DNA from: Gemmatimonadales bacterium
GTDB taxonomy: Bacteria; Gemmatimonadota; Gemmatimonadetes; Gemmatimonadales; GWC2-71-9
Length of the DNA stretch: 64,000 bases
Assembly: GCA_035505915.1 (NCBI GenBank)
Contig: DATJQI010000011.1
Coordinates: forward strand, 44,221-108,220
Direction: 5' to 3'
Shown here in pieces: positions 18,681 to 33,452 of the stretch. The translations under genes and the position numbers were made by a program. The notes beneath the pieces are model-generated. The model worked only from the letters and a program-made list of their open reading frames with translations, made no database searches and had not been told where the DNA came from. Every line of letters begins with the position of its first letter. Positions within the stretch are counted from its first letter, which is position 1.

Positions 18681-18716
18681 CCCGCCCCCGGCGCCGGGAC
18701 GGCGCCGAGCGGCGGG
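18681..18716 (-). other. GC-rich nested stem-loop between the LysM gene and the epimerase/tol genes
   Basis: Minus strand reads CCCGCC-GCTC-GGCGCCG-TCC-CGGCGCC-GGG-GGCGGG. There is no U-tract, so it is not a clean intrinsic terminator. Confidence 0.3.
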
Positions 18717-18780
18717 AGACACGAAACACTCGGGGATGGTGCGACGACGCCGGACCGAGACCGCTGGGCCCGGCGGCGGA

Positions 18781-20160
18781 TCAGGAGGGCATCTTCCGGA
18801 CCAGGCGGACCTTGGTGCCGGCCTTGATGTCTGGGCTCGCGATACCGATCACGAGACCCGACGCGGAGTGCTCTCGGGTGTGCACGATCAGGAGCTGCAC
18901 CAGCACCTGCTCCGACGCCGCGCCCATCTCGCCGGTGGCGGGCCGGTAGCCTTCGAAGATGTCGCCGGGGACCACGCCTTCGGCGCGGCCCTTGTCGATG
19001 AAGAAGACGTTCTGGGTTCCGGCGAGCGGCACCTGGGTCTGCGACGCGATGATGGCGCCCTCGAGCCCCTGCGTCACGGGCGCCGGACGGACCTCCCCCG
19101 GATTCCGGAACGGCTCGAGCGGCAGGGCCAGCACGCCGTCCGTGATCCGCCCGTACTGCTGAATGATCGACGCCAGCACCTGGTGGGGCTGCACCGTCGT
19201 CACCCGCGCCATGCCGAGCGGCACCACCACGTCACCCCACCCCGACACCTCGCGGTCGCGCCGCGCGATCAGGAGCGAATCCCCGACGTGGTAGCTGGCG
19301 CCACCGGGAGGCTCGATGGCGATCTCTTCGAACTGGCTCGCCGTGGTGCGGCCCGTCAGACGGTGGATGGCCGGCGTCTCGGTGTTGCCCAGGACCTTGG
19401 CCCACGGAAGATGCTCGCCCTCCGAAAGCCATCCGGCCGAGTAGTACTCCCCCGGGCGGACGGCGTGGTAGGGCTGGTGCAGGTAGGCGTGCAGCTGGTT
19501 CTCCACCTGCTGCGTGGGAGTGATCGGACGGTCGAATACCGTCTGATAGCTCTCCACGACCGGGGCGCTGGGCGGCGGCGGCGCGGTCGCGGTGTCGGCG
19601 GCCGGAGGGGCGGCGACCGCCTGGGTATCGGGCTTGGCGGTCGTGTCGACCGGGGGCGCCACGGCGACCCGCGTCGCGGTATCGACCTTGGCGGTCGTGT
19701 CCGCGTGGACCGTGTCGACCGGCGGCGCGGCCTGCGCGAGGGTCGTGTCGGCGCTCGGGGTGGCCTGCGGGACGACCTTGGCCGTGTCGGTCTGGGCCAC
19801 CATGGTCGACGTATCGGCGGTCGTGACCGCGAGCACCTGGCCGGGATAAATCCAGTGCGGATCCTCGACCACGTTGGTGTTCAGCCGGTAGATCTCGGGC
19901 CAGAGCAGCGGATCGTTGTAGTAGAGACGGGCGATGGACCAGAGCGTCTCGCCCTTGGCCACCGTATGCGTGCCCGGCAACGACTGCTGCAGGAGACTGG
20001 GGCTCGCGGCCGTGTCGGTCTTGACGGCGTGCGCCGTGTCCTGAGCCGGCGGACTGGCGTGTGTGGTGTCTTGGGCGCGCAGAGACGCGCCCAAGAACGG
20101 CAGCGCCAGGAGGGCGGCCCAGGCCGCCCGGTCAGAACGGGAGATCGTCATCCTCCTCAT
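18781..20160 (-). CDS. secreted LysM-domain protein with a Thr/Ala/Asp/Pro-rich linker and an uncharacterised C-terminal domain
   Basis: ATG at 20160 (or 20151) gives MRRMTISRSDRAAWAALLALPFLGASLRAQD, a signal peptide. LysM domain: HTVAKGETLWSIARLYYNDPLLWPEIYRLN...PGQVL. The start lies inside the last codons of ssb. Confidence 0.8.
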   Translation of the reverse strand: MRRMTISRSDRAAWAALLALPFLGASLRAQDTTHASPPAQDTAHAVKTDTAASPSLLQQSLPGTHTVAKGETLWSIARLYYNDPLLWPEIYRLNTNVVEDPHWIYPGQVLAVTTADTSTMVAQTDTAKVVPQATPSADTTLAQAAPPVDTVHADTTAKVDTATRVAVAPPVDTTAKPDTQAVAAPPAADTATAPPPPSAPVVESYQTVFDRPITPTQQVENQLHAYLHQPYHAVRPGEYYSAGWLSEGEHLPWAKVLGNTETPAIHRLTGRTTASQFEEIAIEPPGGASYHVGDSLLIARRDREVSGWGDVVVPLGMARVTTVQPHQVLASIIQQYGRITDGVLALPLEPFRNPGEVRPAPVTQGLEGAIIASQTQVPLAGTQNVFFIDKGRAEGVVPGDIFEGYRPATGEMGAASEQVLVQLLIVHTREHSASGLVIGIASPDIKAGTKVRLVRKMPS

Positions 20161-20605
20161 CCAACGCCTCCGGGAACGTGTCGAGCGACTCCGGTTTCCC
20201 TTCAGCCCCCGCCTTGGCGGGCGCCTTGGCTCGCGAAAAGTCCCCGGCTTCCCCGCCGCCCTTCGACGAGAGCAGCACGACTTCCCGCGCGATGATTTCG
20301 GTGGTGTACCGGGTCTGCTTCTCCCGGTCCTCCCAGGTGCGGTATTCGATCCGCCCCTCGACGTAGATCCGATCACCCTTCTTCATGAACTTCTCGGCCA
20401 AGTCGGCCAGCGCGCTCCCCTTGTTGTTCCAGAGGACCACCCGGTGCCACTCGGTCTTTTCCTGCTTCTCCCCACCCTGTCCGGTCCACTGGCGCCCCGT
20501 CGCCAACGACACCGTCGCGACCTTGGAGCCATTATTGGTGGTCCGGACCTCCGGGTCAGCCCCTAAGTTGCCGATCAGCATAGCTTTGTTCAGACTGCGG
20601 CTCAC
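20132..20605 (-). CDS. ssb: single-stranded DNA-binding protein
   Basis: LNKAMLIGNLGADPEVR OB-fold N-terminus, Gly-rich middle, acidic tail EEDDDLPF. GTG start with CGGAGG upstream. Confidence 0.95.
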   Translation of the reverse strand: MSRSLNKAMLIGNLGADPEVRTTNNGSKVATVSLATGRQWTGQGGEKQEKTEWHRVVLWNNKGSALADLAEKFMKKGDRIYVEGRIEYRTWEDREKQTRYTTEIIAREVVLLSSKGGGEAGDFSRAKAPAKAGAEGKPESLDTFPEALDEEDDDLPF

Positions 20606-20652
20606 GACGACCTCCGGTACTCAAAGCGGGGCTGGGCCCAAGGATGCTGCAC

Positions 20653-20681
20653 AGTATATGAATCGCAAGTCTTTCTGTCAA
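20653..20681 (-). promoter_or_regulatory. sigma70-type promoter for ssb
   Basis: Minus strand reads TTGACA (20681..20676), a 17-nt spacer, then TATACT (20658..20653). It is about 45 nt upstream of the ssb start, in the only AT-richer patch of this region. Confidence 0.6.
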
Positions 20682-20707
20682 TCAAAGATACGCCACTTGG
20701 GGTCATT

Positions 20708-21214
20708 TTATCTGGGAACCTGTTCTGCCGAAATGGCGGCGCGAAGGATGATCGCGTCCTCCACCGGTCGGCGGTAGTAGTTGGGTCGCCTCGCGACATC
20801 TGAGAACCCGAATCTCTGGTACAGCGCCCGGGCCGCCTGGTTCGACTCCCGCACTTCCAAGAACACCTGCCGGGCACCGCGGGCTCCCAGCCGCGCCAGC
20901 CCTTCGGTCACGAGGGCGCGCCCGGTCCCGCGGCGACGATGCGCGGGGGATACGCCGACGTTCAGAATCTCGCCCTCGTCGGCCACGTGCCGGGCCACGA
21001 GATATCCGACCACGCGGTCCCCATCCACCGCCGTCAGGAACACCACGCCCGTGGCGAGCGTCTCGGCGAAGTCCCGGAACGACCAGGGGTCCGCGAAGCT
21101 CACCTGCTCGATGGCCTGAATGGCCGGGAGGTCAGCGGCCTGGGTCGGCCGAACGCGGCAGCTCGCGTCCGTGGCGGGCCTCCCATTTCGCCTGGGCCTC
21201 GGCCGGGCGGCCAT
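20708..21214 (-). CDS. rimI: ribosomal-protein-alanine N-acetyltransferase (GNAT)
   Basis: GNAT core ILNVGVSPAHRRRGTGRALV...FLEVRESNQAARALYQRFGF. Sits after tsaB. Start is uncertain; ATG at 21214 was chosen and overlaps tsaB. Confidence 0.8.
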   Translation of the reverse strand: MAARPRPRRNGRPATDASCRVRPTQAADLPAIQAIEQVSFADPWSFRDFAETLATGVVFLTAVDGDRVVGYLVARHVADEGEILNVGVSPAHRRRGTGRALVTEGLARLGARGARQVFLEVRESNQAARALYQRFGFSDVARRPNYYRRPVEDAIILRAAISAEQVPR

Positions 21215-21863
21215 ACTCGGGCTCGGCCGTCGCGAAGTTCTCGATGATCCGCCCGGCCCCCCCGCGCGTCGCGAGCGCCAGGAGCATCGTCGCCGTCGGC
21301 GGCAGCTGATCGAGCCCGACCGGCGGCGCTCCGGACCAGCGGACCACGTCGTCGGCGTACCGGACCGCACCGTCCCCCACCACCAGCGCCGGCCGCGGCC
21401 CTCCCCGGGACGCGAGCTCGGCCACGGACGCGAGCGTCGGGGGAATCAGCGTCTCGACGCGTTCCGGGCCCACCACGTAGAGCGCCCCGTACACCTGTCC
21501 GCGCAGCGCGTCGAAACAGGCGGCTACCGGGACGGGGCCGGCCCGTTCCGCGGCGCCCGCGGCCGCCGCGAGGAGCGACGGGACGCCGATCACGTCCACC
21601 CCGGCTTCCTGCACCAGCCCCTTCACCGCGGCCCAGCCGATGCGCAGGCCGGTGAAGCTGCCGGGACCGTCGCCCAGCACCACCGCCTCGAGGTCCGGGG
21701 CGGTGACGCCGGCGCGGGACAACGCGAAGTCGATGAGGCGGATGATTTCGGCGGCGTGCCGGCGCGCCCCCTGCTGATGCGCGCCCGCCAGCACCCCCGG
21801 AGCCCGCCCGACGGCGACGCTCGCGATGTCGGTGGCGGTGTCGACGGCCAGGACGAGCGTCAT
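21132..21863 (-). CDS. tsaB: tRNA t6A biosynthesis protein TsaB (YeaZ)
   Basis: MTLVLAVDTATDIASVAVG and GPGSFTGLRIG motifs. ATG at 21863 overlaps the tsaE TGA (ATGA). Confidence 0.9.
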   Translation of the reverse strand: MTLVLAVDTATDIASVAVGRAPGVLAGAHQQGARRHAAEIIRLIDFALSRAGVTAPDLEAVVLGDGPGSFTGLRIGWAAVKGLVQEAGVDVIGVPSLLAAAAGAAERAGPVPVAACFDALRGQVYGALYVVGPERVETLIPPTLASVAELASRGGPRPALVVGDGAVRYADDVVRWSGAPPVGLDQLPPTATMLLALATRGGAGRIIENFATAEPEYGRPAEAQAKWEARHGRELPRSADPGR

Positions 21864-22226
21864 CCCTCCTCCAGCGAACGGCGGTCGGGATCGGGGTCGT
21901 GCGCCAGGCGAAAGTGCCGGTCCAGGCGTGGAGCCCAGGCGCCCGCCCGCTCGGGCCATTCGATCAGCACCACGGCGCCCTCCCGCTCCATTTCGTCGAA
22001 CCCCAGGTCGCGCGCGTCGGCGGGCTGCTTCAGCCGGTAGGCGTCCACGTGATAGACGGGGCCCGCGGGACCCGCGTAGCGGTGCACGAGCGCGTAGGTG
22101 GGACTGGTCGCCGGCACCGGGACCCCCAGGCCACGGCAGATGGCCTGCACGAGGGTGGTCTTCCCCGCCCCCAGCTCCCCGGAGAACCCGAGGACCGCCG
22201 GGGGGCGGAGCGATCGCCCGATCCGC

Positions 22227-24251
<2,025 letters not shown>

Positions 24252-24261
24252 TCGCCGAAAG

Positions 24262-26442
24262 TTACACCGGGGGTCGTTCCAATTGCGCCCCCGAGTCCCG
24301 GCGGGCCACTTCGGTGACGCCTTTCACCCGCCGGACGGCCCGCATCACCTTGTTCAGGTGGGTCTGGTTCTCCACCTCCACCAGGAGCGCGCCGTACACC
24401 GCGCCGTCCCGTGAGGCCAGCTCCGTGGAACGGATGTTGGTGCCGGTGCCGCTCACGGCCTCGCAGATGTCGGCGTACAGCCCGCGGCGGTCCTCGCCGC
24501 CCACGGCGAGGCGGACCACGAACGTCTCGCCCTCGGACTCCTGCCAGTCGATCTCCACCCGGCGCTCGACTTCGTTCGCGAGGGTGAGGAGGTTCGGGCA
24601 GTCGGCGCGGTGGATGGAAATGCCCCGTCCCTGCGTGACGTAGCCGACGACCGCGTCCCCCGGAACGGGCTGGCAGCACTGCGCGTAGCGGACCATCAGG
24701 CCGTCCACGCCCTGGATCCGGATCCCCCGCCCCAGGCGGAGGCGCTGGATCACGCGGCCGAAGGCCGTCGGCCGCGGCGCCTGGATGGCGTCGGCCGGGA
24801 GCTCCGGATACAGCGCGTTCATCACCTGCCCCAGCGCGACGTCGCCCCGCCCCACCGACGCCTCGAGCATCTCGCCGCTCCCCACCGAGAGCGCGACCGC
24901 CGCCGCGGCCAGCTGCTCGGCGGACGGGGCCTTGAGGCGCCGGCGGCGCAGCTCGCGGTCCAGGATCTCCCGCCCCAGCGCCACGCTCCGCTCGTGCTCC
25001 TCCTGCTTGACCCACTGGCGGATCTTGTGACGGGCGCGGGCGGTGCGGACGTGCGCCAGCCAGTCCCGGGACGGCCGGGCCCGCGGGTTGGTCAGGATCT
25101 CCACCGTATCGCCGTTGGTCAGGGCGCGGTGGAGCGGCGCGATCCGCCCGTTGACGCGGGCGCCGTGGCAGTGCTGACCGACCTCGGTGTGCACGGTGAA
25201 CGCGAAGTCGAGGGGCGTCGCCCCCGCGGGCAGGCGCTTCACGTCGCCGCGCGGGGTGAAGACGAAGATCTCGTCCTGATAGAGATCGATTTTCAGGAAC
25301 TCGAGGAACTCCTCCGGCGTGTGCGTGTCCTGCTGGAGCTCGAGGAGCTGGCGGAACCAGCCGAGCTGCTGGTCGAGCTCGTCCGCGGCCTTCCCTTCCT
25401 TGAAGAGCCAGTGCGCCGCGATGCCGTACTCGGCCGTGCGGTGCATCTCGCGGGTCCGGATCTGGATCTCGTAGAGCCGCCCGGCGGGCCCGAACACCGT
25501 GGTGTGCAGCGACTGGTACCCGTTCGGCTTCGGGCTCGCGATGTAGTCCTTGATGCGCTCCTGCAGGGGCGTCCAGGCGTGGTGCACGATCCCCAGGACG
25601 TGGTAGCACTCGGCGATGGTGTCCACGAGCACCCGGACGGCCAGGCGGTCGTGAATCTCCTCGAAGGGCCGGTCCCGCCGCTTCATCTTGCGGTGCACCG
25701 ACCAGAGGTTCTTCACGCGCCCCGTGATCTCGACGCCGGCGATGCCGGCCCCGGTCAGCGCCTCGGTCAGGGGGCCCTTGAGCCGTTCGATGACCTTGTC
25801 CCGCTCCTCCTGGCTCTGCCGGATGGTGCGCGCGAGCTCCTCGTATTCCGCGGGCTCGAGGAACTGGAAGGCCAGGTCTTCGAGCTCGGCTTTCACGCGC
25901 GCCATGCCGAACCGGTGCGCCAGCGGCGCGTAGATCTCGCGGGTTTCGAGGGCGATGCGCTGCTGCTGGTCCCGGTTCAGGTGCTGGAGCGTCCGCATGT
26001 TGTGGAGGCGGTCCGCCAGCTTGATGATGATCACCCGGGCGTCCTTCGCGATCGACAGGAGCAGCTTCCGGTAGTTCTCGGCCTGCTCTTCGGCGGCGGA
26101 GCGGAAGGTCAGGGACGACAGTTTGGTGAGTCCGTCCACCAGCCCCGCGATTTCCGCGCCGAAGTCCCGCCGGATGTCGTCGAGGGTGACGCTCGAGTCC
26201 TCCACCACGTCGTGCAGGAGCGCCGCCGCGATGGTGGTGGAATCGAACTGCTGCTCGGCCAGGATGGTGGCGACCGCCACCGAGTGCGACACGAAGTCGT
26301 CCCCGGAGCGGCGCTTCTGCCCCTGGTGCGCGCGGGCGCTCGCGTCGTACGCCCGGGCCAGGAGGTCCAGGTCGAGGCGGTCCCGCTGGCCCGCGACGGC
26401 GCGGGCCAGGTCCGGCGCCAGGAGCGGCACCGTTCCGGTCAC
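24262..26442 (-). CDS. rel: bifunctional (p)ppGpp synthetase/hydrolase (RelA/SpoT homolog)
   Basis: 726 aa with HD hydrolase (HDVVED), RelA/SpoT synthetase, TGS and ACT regions. GTG start overlaps the radC stop (GTGA). Confidence 0.95.
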   Translation of the reverse strand: MTGTVPLLAPDLARAVAGQRDRLDLDLLARAYDASARAHQGQKRRSGDDFVSHSVAVATILAEQQFDSTTIAAALLHDVVEDSSVTLDDIRRDFGAEIAGLVDGLTKLSSLTFRSAAEEQAENYRKLLLSIAKDARVIIIKLADRLHNMRTLQHLNRDQQQRIALETREIYAPLAHRFGMARVKAELEDLAFQFLEPAEYEELARTIRQSQEERDKVIERLKGPLTEALTGAGIAGVEITGRVKNLWSVHRKMKRRDRPFEEIHDRLAVRVLVDTIAECYHVLGIVHHAWTPLQERIKDYIASPKPNGYQSLHTTVFGPAGRLYEIQIRTREMHRTAEYGIAAHWLFKEGKAADELDQQLGWFRQLLELQQDTHTPEEFLEFLKIDLYQDEIFVFTPRGDVKRLPAGATPLDFAFTVHTEVGQHCHGARVNGRIAPLHRALTNGDTVEILTNPRARPSRDWLAHVRTARARHKIRQWVKQEEHERSVALGREILDRELRRRRLKAPSAEQLAAAAVALSVGSGEMLEASVGRGDVALGQVMNALYPELPADAIQAPRPTAFGRVIQRLRLGRGIRIQGVDGLMVRYAQCCQPVPGDAVVGYVTQGRGISIHRADCPNLLTLANEVERRVEIDWQESEGETFVVRLAVGGEDRRGLYADICEAVSGTGTNIRSTELASRDGAVYGALLVEVENQTHLNKVMRAVRRVKGVTEVARRDSGAQLERPPV

Positions 26443-27122
26443 AGGAGTCCCGCCTCCGCAAAGCTCACGAACCGCCCTCCTCCGATCACCACGTGATCGT
26501 ACACCGGGACGTCGAGGAGGCGCCCCGCGTCCACCAGCTGCCGCGTCACCGACCGGTCATCCGCCGACGGCGTGGGATCGCCGGACGGATGGTTGTGCAC
26601 GACGATGATTCCGGCCGCCGCCTCGGCGATCGCGGCGCGGAACACCTCGCGGGGGTGCACCAGCGAGCTGTTCAGGATCCCCCGGGTCACCAGCACGTCC
26701 CCCAGGATCTGGCTCTGGCTCCCCAGGGCCAGGACGTGGAACTCCTCCACCGGCAGGTCCCGGAGCCGCGGGGCGTAGTACCGGTGGACGTCCTGCGGTC
26801 CCCGCACCCGCTCGGGCGCCGGGTCCGCCTCGGCCGCCGCCCGCCGGCCCAATTCCAGGGCCGCCAGCACCCGCGCCGCCTTGGCCCGGCCCACGCCGGG
26901 CATTCCCGCCAGCTCCGCCGGGGGGCGCCCGGCGAGGCGCCGGACCGACCCCACGAAGCGTCCCAGCGCCTCCCCGGCCACGGTCAGGGCGTCCCGGCCG
27001 GCGATCCCCGTTCCCAGGAGAATGGCCAGGAGCTCCTGGGTCGTCAACGCGGAGGCGCCGAGCTCCCAGAGACGCTCGCGGGGGCGGTCCCGTTCGAGGT
27101 GGTCGGAAAGGCGAAGCGGCAT
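26439..27122 (-). CDS. radC: RadC-family JAMM-motif protein
   Basis: 227 aa. N-terminal HhH region plus VHNHPSGDPTPSADD. Confidence 0.92.
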   Translation of the reverse strand: MPLRLSDHLERDRPRERLWELGASALTTQELLAILLGTGIAGRDALTVAGEALGRFVGSVRRLAGRPPAELAGMPGVGRAKAARVLAALELGRRAAAEADPAPERVRGPQDVHRYYAPRLRDLPVEEFHVLALGSQSQILGDVLVTRGILNSSLVHPREVFRAAIAEAAAGIIVVHNHPSGDPTPSADDRSVTRQLVDAGRLLDVPVYDHVVIGGGRFVSFAEAGLL

Positions 27123-27178
27123 GGACTCTTCACGAACCTAGTCCATGCCGCCTCGAACCCCGGTATCCGAAGAACGCG

Positions 27179-30445
<3,267 letters not shown>

Positions 30446-30449
30446 CCCG

Positions 30450-31010
30450 TCATTGATAGAGGCCGTGCCGCGCGATGTACTCCCGCACCGGCTCCGGCAC
30501 CAGATACCGAATCGACCGTCCCGCCGCCACCCGCGCCCGGATTTCCGTGGCCGAGATGTCGACCGCCGGGACCGGGATCACCCGCGCGATCCGCGCGTCG
30601 GGCGGGGGCTCCGTGCCCGGCCGGGCGAACACCACCACGTCGGCCAGGGCCGGCAGGGCGTCGGCTTCCCGCCACCGCGGCAGCTCGCGGGCCGCGTCGC
30701 CCCCCAACAACAACGTGAACCGGTTCCCGGGCTCGCGCCGGGCCAGCGCCCGGAGCGTCTCCACCGTGTACGACGGCACGGGGAGCTCCAGCTCGATCGT
30801 CTCCACCGAAAAGCGGGGGTTTCCCGCCACCGCCGCCGCCAGCATCGCGGCCCGGTGGGCGGCGCCGGCCTCGAGGCCCGCCCGTTTCAGGGGTTGTTCG
30901 CGCGCGGGCAGGAAGCGGATCCGGGCCCCCAGGGCCTCCGCCGCCGCTTCGGCGACGATCAGGTGCCCGACGTGCACCGGATCGAAGGAGCCGCCGAACA
31001 GGGCGTCCAC
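30450..31010 (-). CDS. nadD: nicotinate-nucleotide adenylyltransferase
   Basis: GTG at 31010 gives VDALFGGSFDPVHVGHL, the (H/T)xGH motif. Ends with SATEIR (ISSTxxR-like). The upstream part of track ORF 30450..31541 was rejected. Confidence 0.88.
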   Translation of the reverse strand: MDALFGGSFDPVHVGHLIVAEAAAEALGARIRFLPAREQPLKRAGLEAGAAHRAAMLAAAVAGNPRFSVETIELELPVPSYTVETLRALARREPGNRFTLLLGGDAARELPRWREADALPALADVVVFARPGTEPPPDARIARVIPVPAVDISATEIRARVAAGRSIRYLVPEPVREYIARHGLYQ

Positions 31011-31015
31011 GGCGC

Positions 31016-31768
31016 CTAGTGCGTGACGGCCGTCGTATCCGGCGGGCAGCTCCGGGCGGTGGCGGCCTCCACCGGATGGAAGCGCCGCAGGTTGCCGCAG
31101 ACTTCCTTGAGCTCGTCCGCGTATCCGATGATCGCGTAGGTGTCCGCCAGCCGCAGCAGCGCGTCCGGCACCACCCGGCTCTCCGGATAGGTCGCGATCA
31201 CGTCCTTGAAATAGATGATCCCGGAATCGTAGGCCCGCCGCCGGAAGTAGAACATCCCGTTCCGGTAGGTCTTCGTCGCGAACAGGTCGTTCAGCTCGCG
31301 CACGTGCAGCTGGGCGCGCGACGCCGCGTCGGTGCCGGGGTACCGGCCCACCAGCTCCTGGTAGACGGCCAGGGCCGTCTGCCCGGGCGTCGGGTCGAGC
31401 TCCGGGTCGCGCCAGCTGCGGAGGTTCGCGTCGCCGGCGCGCAGCAGCGCCACCGGTGCGTACGGACTCTCGGGGTTCTGGTCCGCCACGTCCCGGAACG
31501 CGTGCGCCGCCCCGACCAGGTCCCCTTCCTGATACTGGCACTCGGCGACGTAGTACCGGACCTCCGCGAGACCCGCGTCGCCCGGGTTCAGCTCGAAGAT
31601 CAGCCGCTGAAATCCGGTCAGCGCCTTGTCGAACTTCCCGGCGTGGAAGAGCGCCAGCGCCTCGTCCAGCTGCACCGCCGGCGTGACTCCGGTCCGGGGC
31701 GCCGCGGGCGAGCAGGCGCCGAGGGCGGCCAGGGCGGCGAGCAGGGTCCAGCTCCCGGCGCGCCTCAC
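31016..31768 (-). CDS. bamD: outer membrane protein assembly factor BamD (TPR lipoprotein)
   Basis: GTG at 31768 (GTGA overlap) gives VRRAGSWTLLAALAALGAC, a lipobox, followed by BamD-like TPRs (LFHAGKFDKALTGFQRL...YYVAECQYQ...MFYFRRRAYDSGIIYFKDVI). Confidence 0.85.
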   Translation of the reverse strand: MRRAGSWTLLAALAALGACSPAAPRTGVTPAVQLDEALALFHAGKFDKALTGFQRLIFELNPGDAGLAEVRYYVAECQYQEGDLVGAAHAFRDVADQNPESPYAPVALLRAGDANLRSWRDPELDPTPGQTALAVYQELVGRYPGTDAASRAQLHVRELNDLFATKTYRNGMFYFRRRAYDSGIIYFKDVIATYPESRVVPDALLRLADTYAIIGYADELKEVCGNLRRFHPVEAATARSCPPDTTAVTH

Positions 31769-32682
31769 GGGTGCGCGTCCGGCGGCGGGACCGCCCGTCC
31801 CAACGCGGTGATCTTGGTTTGCGCCAGCACGCTGATCGAGTCTCCCGGGGATCCCCCCGTCAATGCCGATTGATACGCGTCGAGCGCCCCCGACACGTCG
31901 CCCTGCGCCAGCCGCACGTCCCCCAGCCCGATCCACGCCACGCGCCCGACGTCGGGATCGGCCCCGGGGGCGGTGGCGCGCCGGAACCAGGGTTCCGCAT
32001 CGCCCGGCTTGCCCTGCGCCAACAGGCCCTGCCCGGTCTGGAGCGCGCACGCGGCGAGTCCGGCCCGCGCGTCGTCCGCCACGTCCGCGTTGTGCTTGCG
32101 CTCGAGCACCGCGGTGAACGCCAGGGTGGCCGTGTCGCACACCTTCAGCTGCTCGGCCGCCACCCCGTACTGGTACAGCAGCGAATCGGCGGCGCGCGGA
32201 TCCGCCGTCGCCGCGATGGCCATCGGCAGGAGCTGCATCTCGTCGGCCTGATCGCCGCGGACCGCCGCGTCCCCCGCCGCCGCCCGCGCGTACTGACCCA
32301 GGGGGCGGCCCGGCGCCAGCGCCCGCAGCGCGGCCACCGCGTACGCGAGCGTGGCGTGATCCTGCGCCGTCTGCGCCAGGTGGGCGGCCCGTTCGAGTCC
32401 GTCCGCCGCCTCGTCCACGCGCGCGCGGTCCGCCACGCCCAGCGCGCGATACTCGCTCGCCGCGAGCGCCGCGTCCCCGGTGTGGAGCGCCGCGGCTCCG
32501 GTCTTGGCGTGCAGCCCCGCGTTGCCCGGGGTCGCCTTCAGCCCGAGCTGGTATTCCGCCAGCGCGTCGCGGTAGGCGCCCGCCGCGTACCGCTGATCTC
32601 CCAGCGCCTCGTGATCCGCGGCGCTCTTGGCGCACCCGGAGCCGACGACCGCGGCCAGCGCGACGAGGATGCCGACTCTCAC
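31765..32682 (-). CDS. TPR-repeat lipoprotein
   Basis: GTG at 32682 (GTGA overlap) gives VRVGILVALAAVVGSGC. TPR-like repeats run throughout (GDQRYAAGAYRDALAEYQLGLKATP...). Confidence 0.7.
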   Translation of the reverse strand: MRVGILVALAAVVGSGCAKSAADHEALGDQRYAAGAYRDALAEYQLGLKATPGNAGLHAKTGAAALHTGDAALAASEYRALGVADRARVDEAADGLERAAHLAQTAQDHATLAYAVAALRALAPGRPLGQYARAAAGDAAVRGDQADEMQLLPMAIAATADPRAADSLLYQYGVAAEQLKVCDTATLAFTAVLERKHNADVADDARAGLAACALQTGQGLLAQGKPGDAEPWFRRATAPGADPDVGRVAWIGLGDVRLAQGDVSGALDAYQSALTGGSPGDSISVLAQTKITALGRAVPPPDAHP

Positions 32683-33452
32683 GATTTCTTGCGGCGCCGC
32701 CCGCGCGGCTTGGCGGCCGCGGGCACGGCATCGATCGACACCGGACCTTCGTCGCCCCGCGCGAGCATCCCGAGGTACGCTTCCACCCGGGGATCTTCGG
32801 GACGCCGCTCCCGCAGATCTTCCCACACCCGCCGCGCGGTCAGGCCGTCCCCGGACAGGTAGCACGCCAGCCCCAGCATCGCGGCCGCGTCCAGGAAGTT
32901 GGGGCGATCCCGCACGATCACCTGAAATTGCTCCCGGGCCTCGAGCACGCGCCCCGCTTCGAGCAGCAGACGCCCGAGCTTATACCGCAGATCGTGGAAT
33001 CCGGGTCCGAGCGACAGCGCCGCCTGGTACTGCGTGATCCCTTCGGCCAGGCCGCCGGCCTCGACGTAGGCATCCCCCAGCCCGGCATGATGATTCGCCA
33101 GCTTGGCCGCGACGTGTCCCGCGAAGCCCCGCTGGGTGTCGCTCCCCACCTGCCCCGCCCGGCGGAGCGAGGCGTCCGCCTCGTCCTCGCGGCCGAGCTG
33201 GTTCAAGACCAGCGCCCGGTGCACGAGGGCTTCGACGTACCTCGGGTTCAGCTCGAGCGCTTCGTCCAGCTCCTCGAGCGCCTTGTCGAACTGCCCCACC
33301 AGCGAGTACGACAGCCCCAGCAGGTGATGGGCGTCCGCGAAGGCGCGCCCGGTCTCGACGACGTCTTCGATCAGATGAATGGCGCCGTAGTAGTCACCGA
33401 GCTGGAACCGCTCCCGCGCCTGATTGACGAGATGCTCAGGACTGGCTTCCAT
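32679..33452 (-). CDS. TPR-repeat protein (no signal peptide seen)
   Basis: 257 aa with ATG start. Canonical TPRs: GDYYGAIHLIEDVVE, HHLLGLSYSLVGQFDKALEELDEALELNP, etc. Confidence 0.8.
   Translation of the reverse strand: MEASPEHLVNQARERFQLGDYYGAIHLIEDVVETGRAFADAHHLLGLSYSLVGQFDKALEELDEALELNPRYVEALVHRALVLNQLGREDEADASLRRAGQVGSDTQRGFAGHVAAKLANHHAGLGDAYVEAGGLAEGITQYQAALSLGPGFHDLRYKLGRLLLEAGRVLEAREQFQVIVRDRPNFLDAAAMLGLACYLSGDGLTARRVWEDLRERRPEDPRVEAYLGMLARGDEGPVSIDAVPAAAKPRGRRRKKS

Noticed and set aside
27123-27178. The largest gap of the 26-kb gene run (secA-radC, 56 bp), examined for a promoter, terminator or riboswitch.
   Set aside because: I found no -35/-10 pair with sensible spacing, no stable hairpin and no conserved-looking motif.
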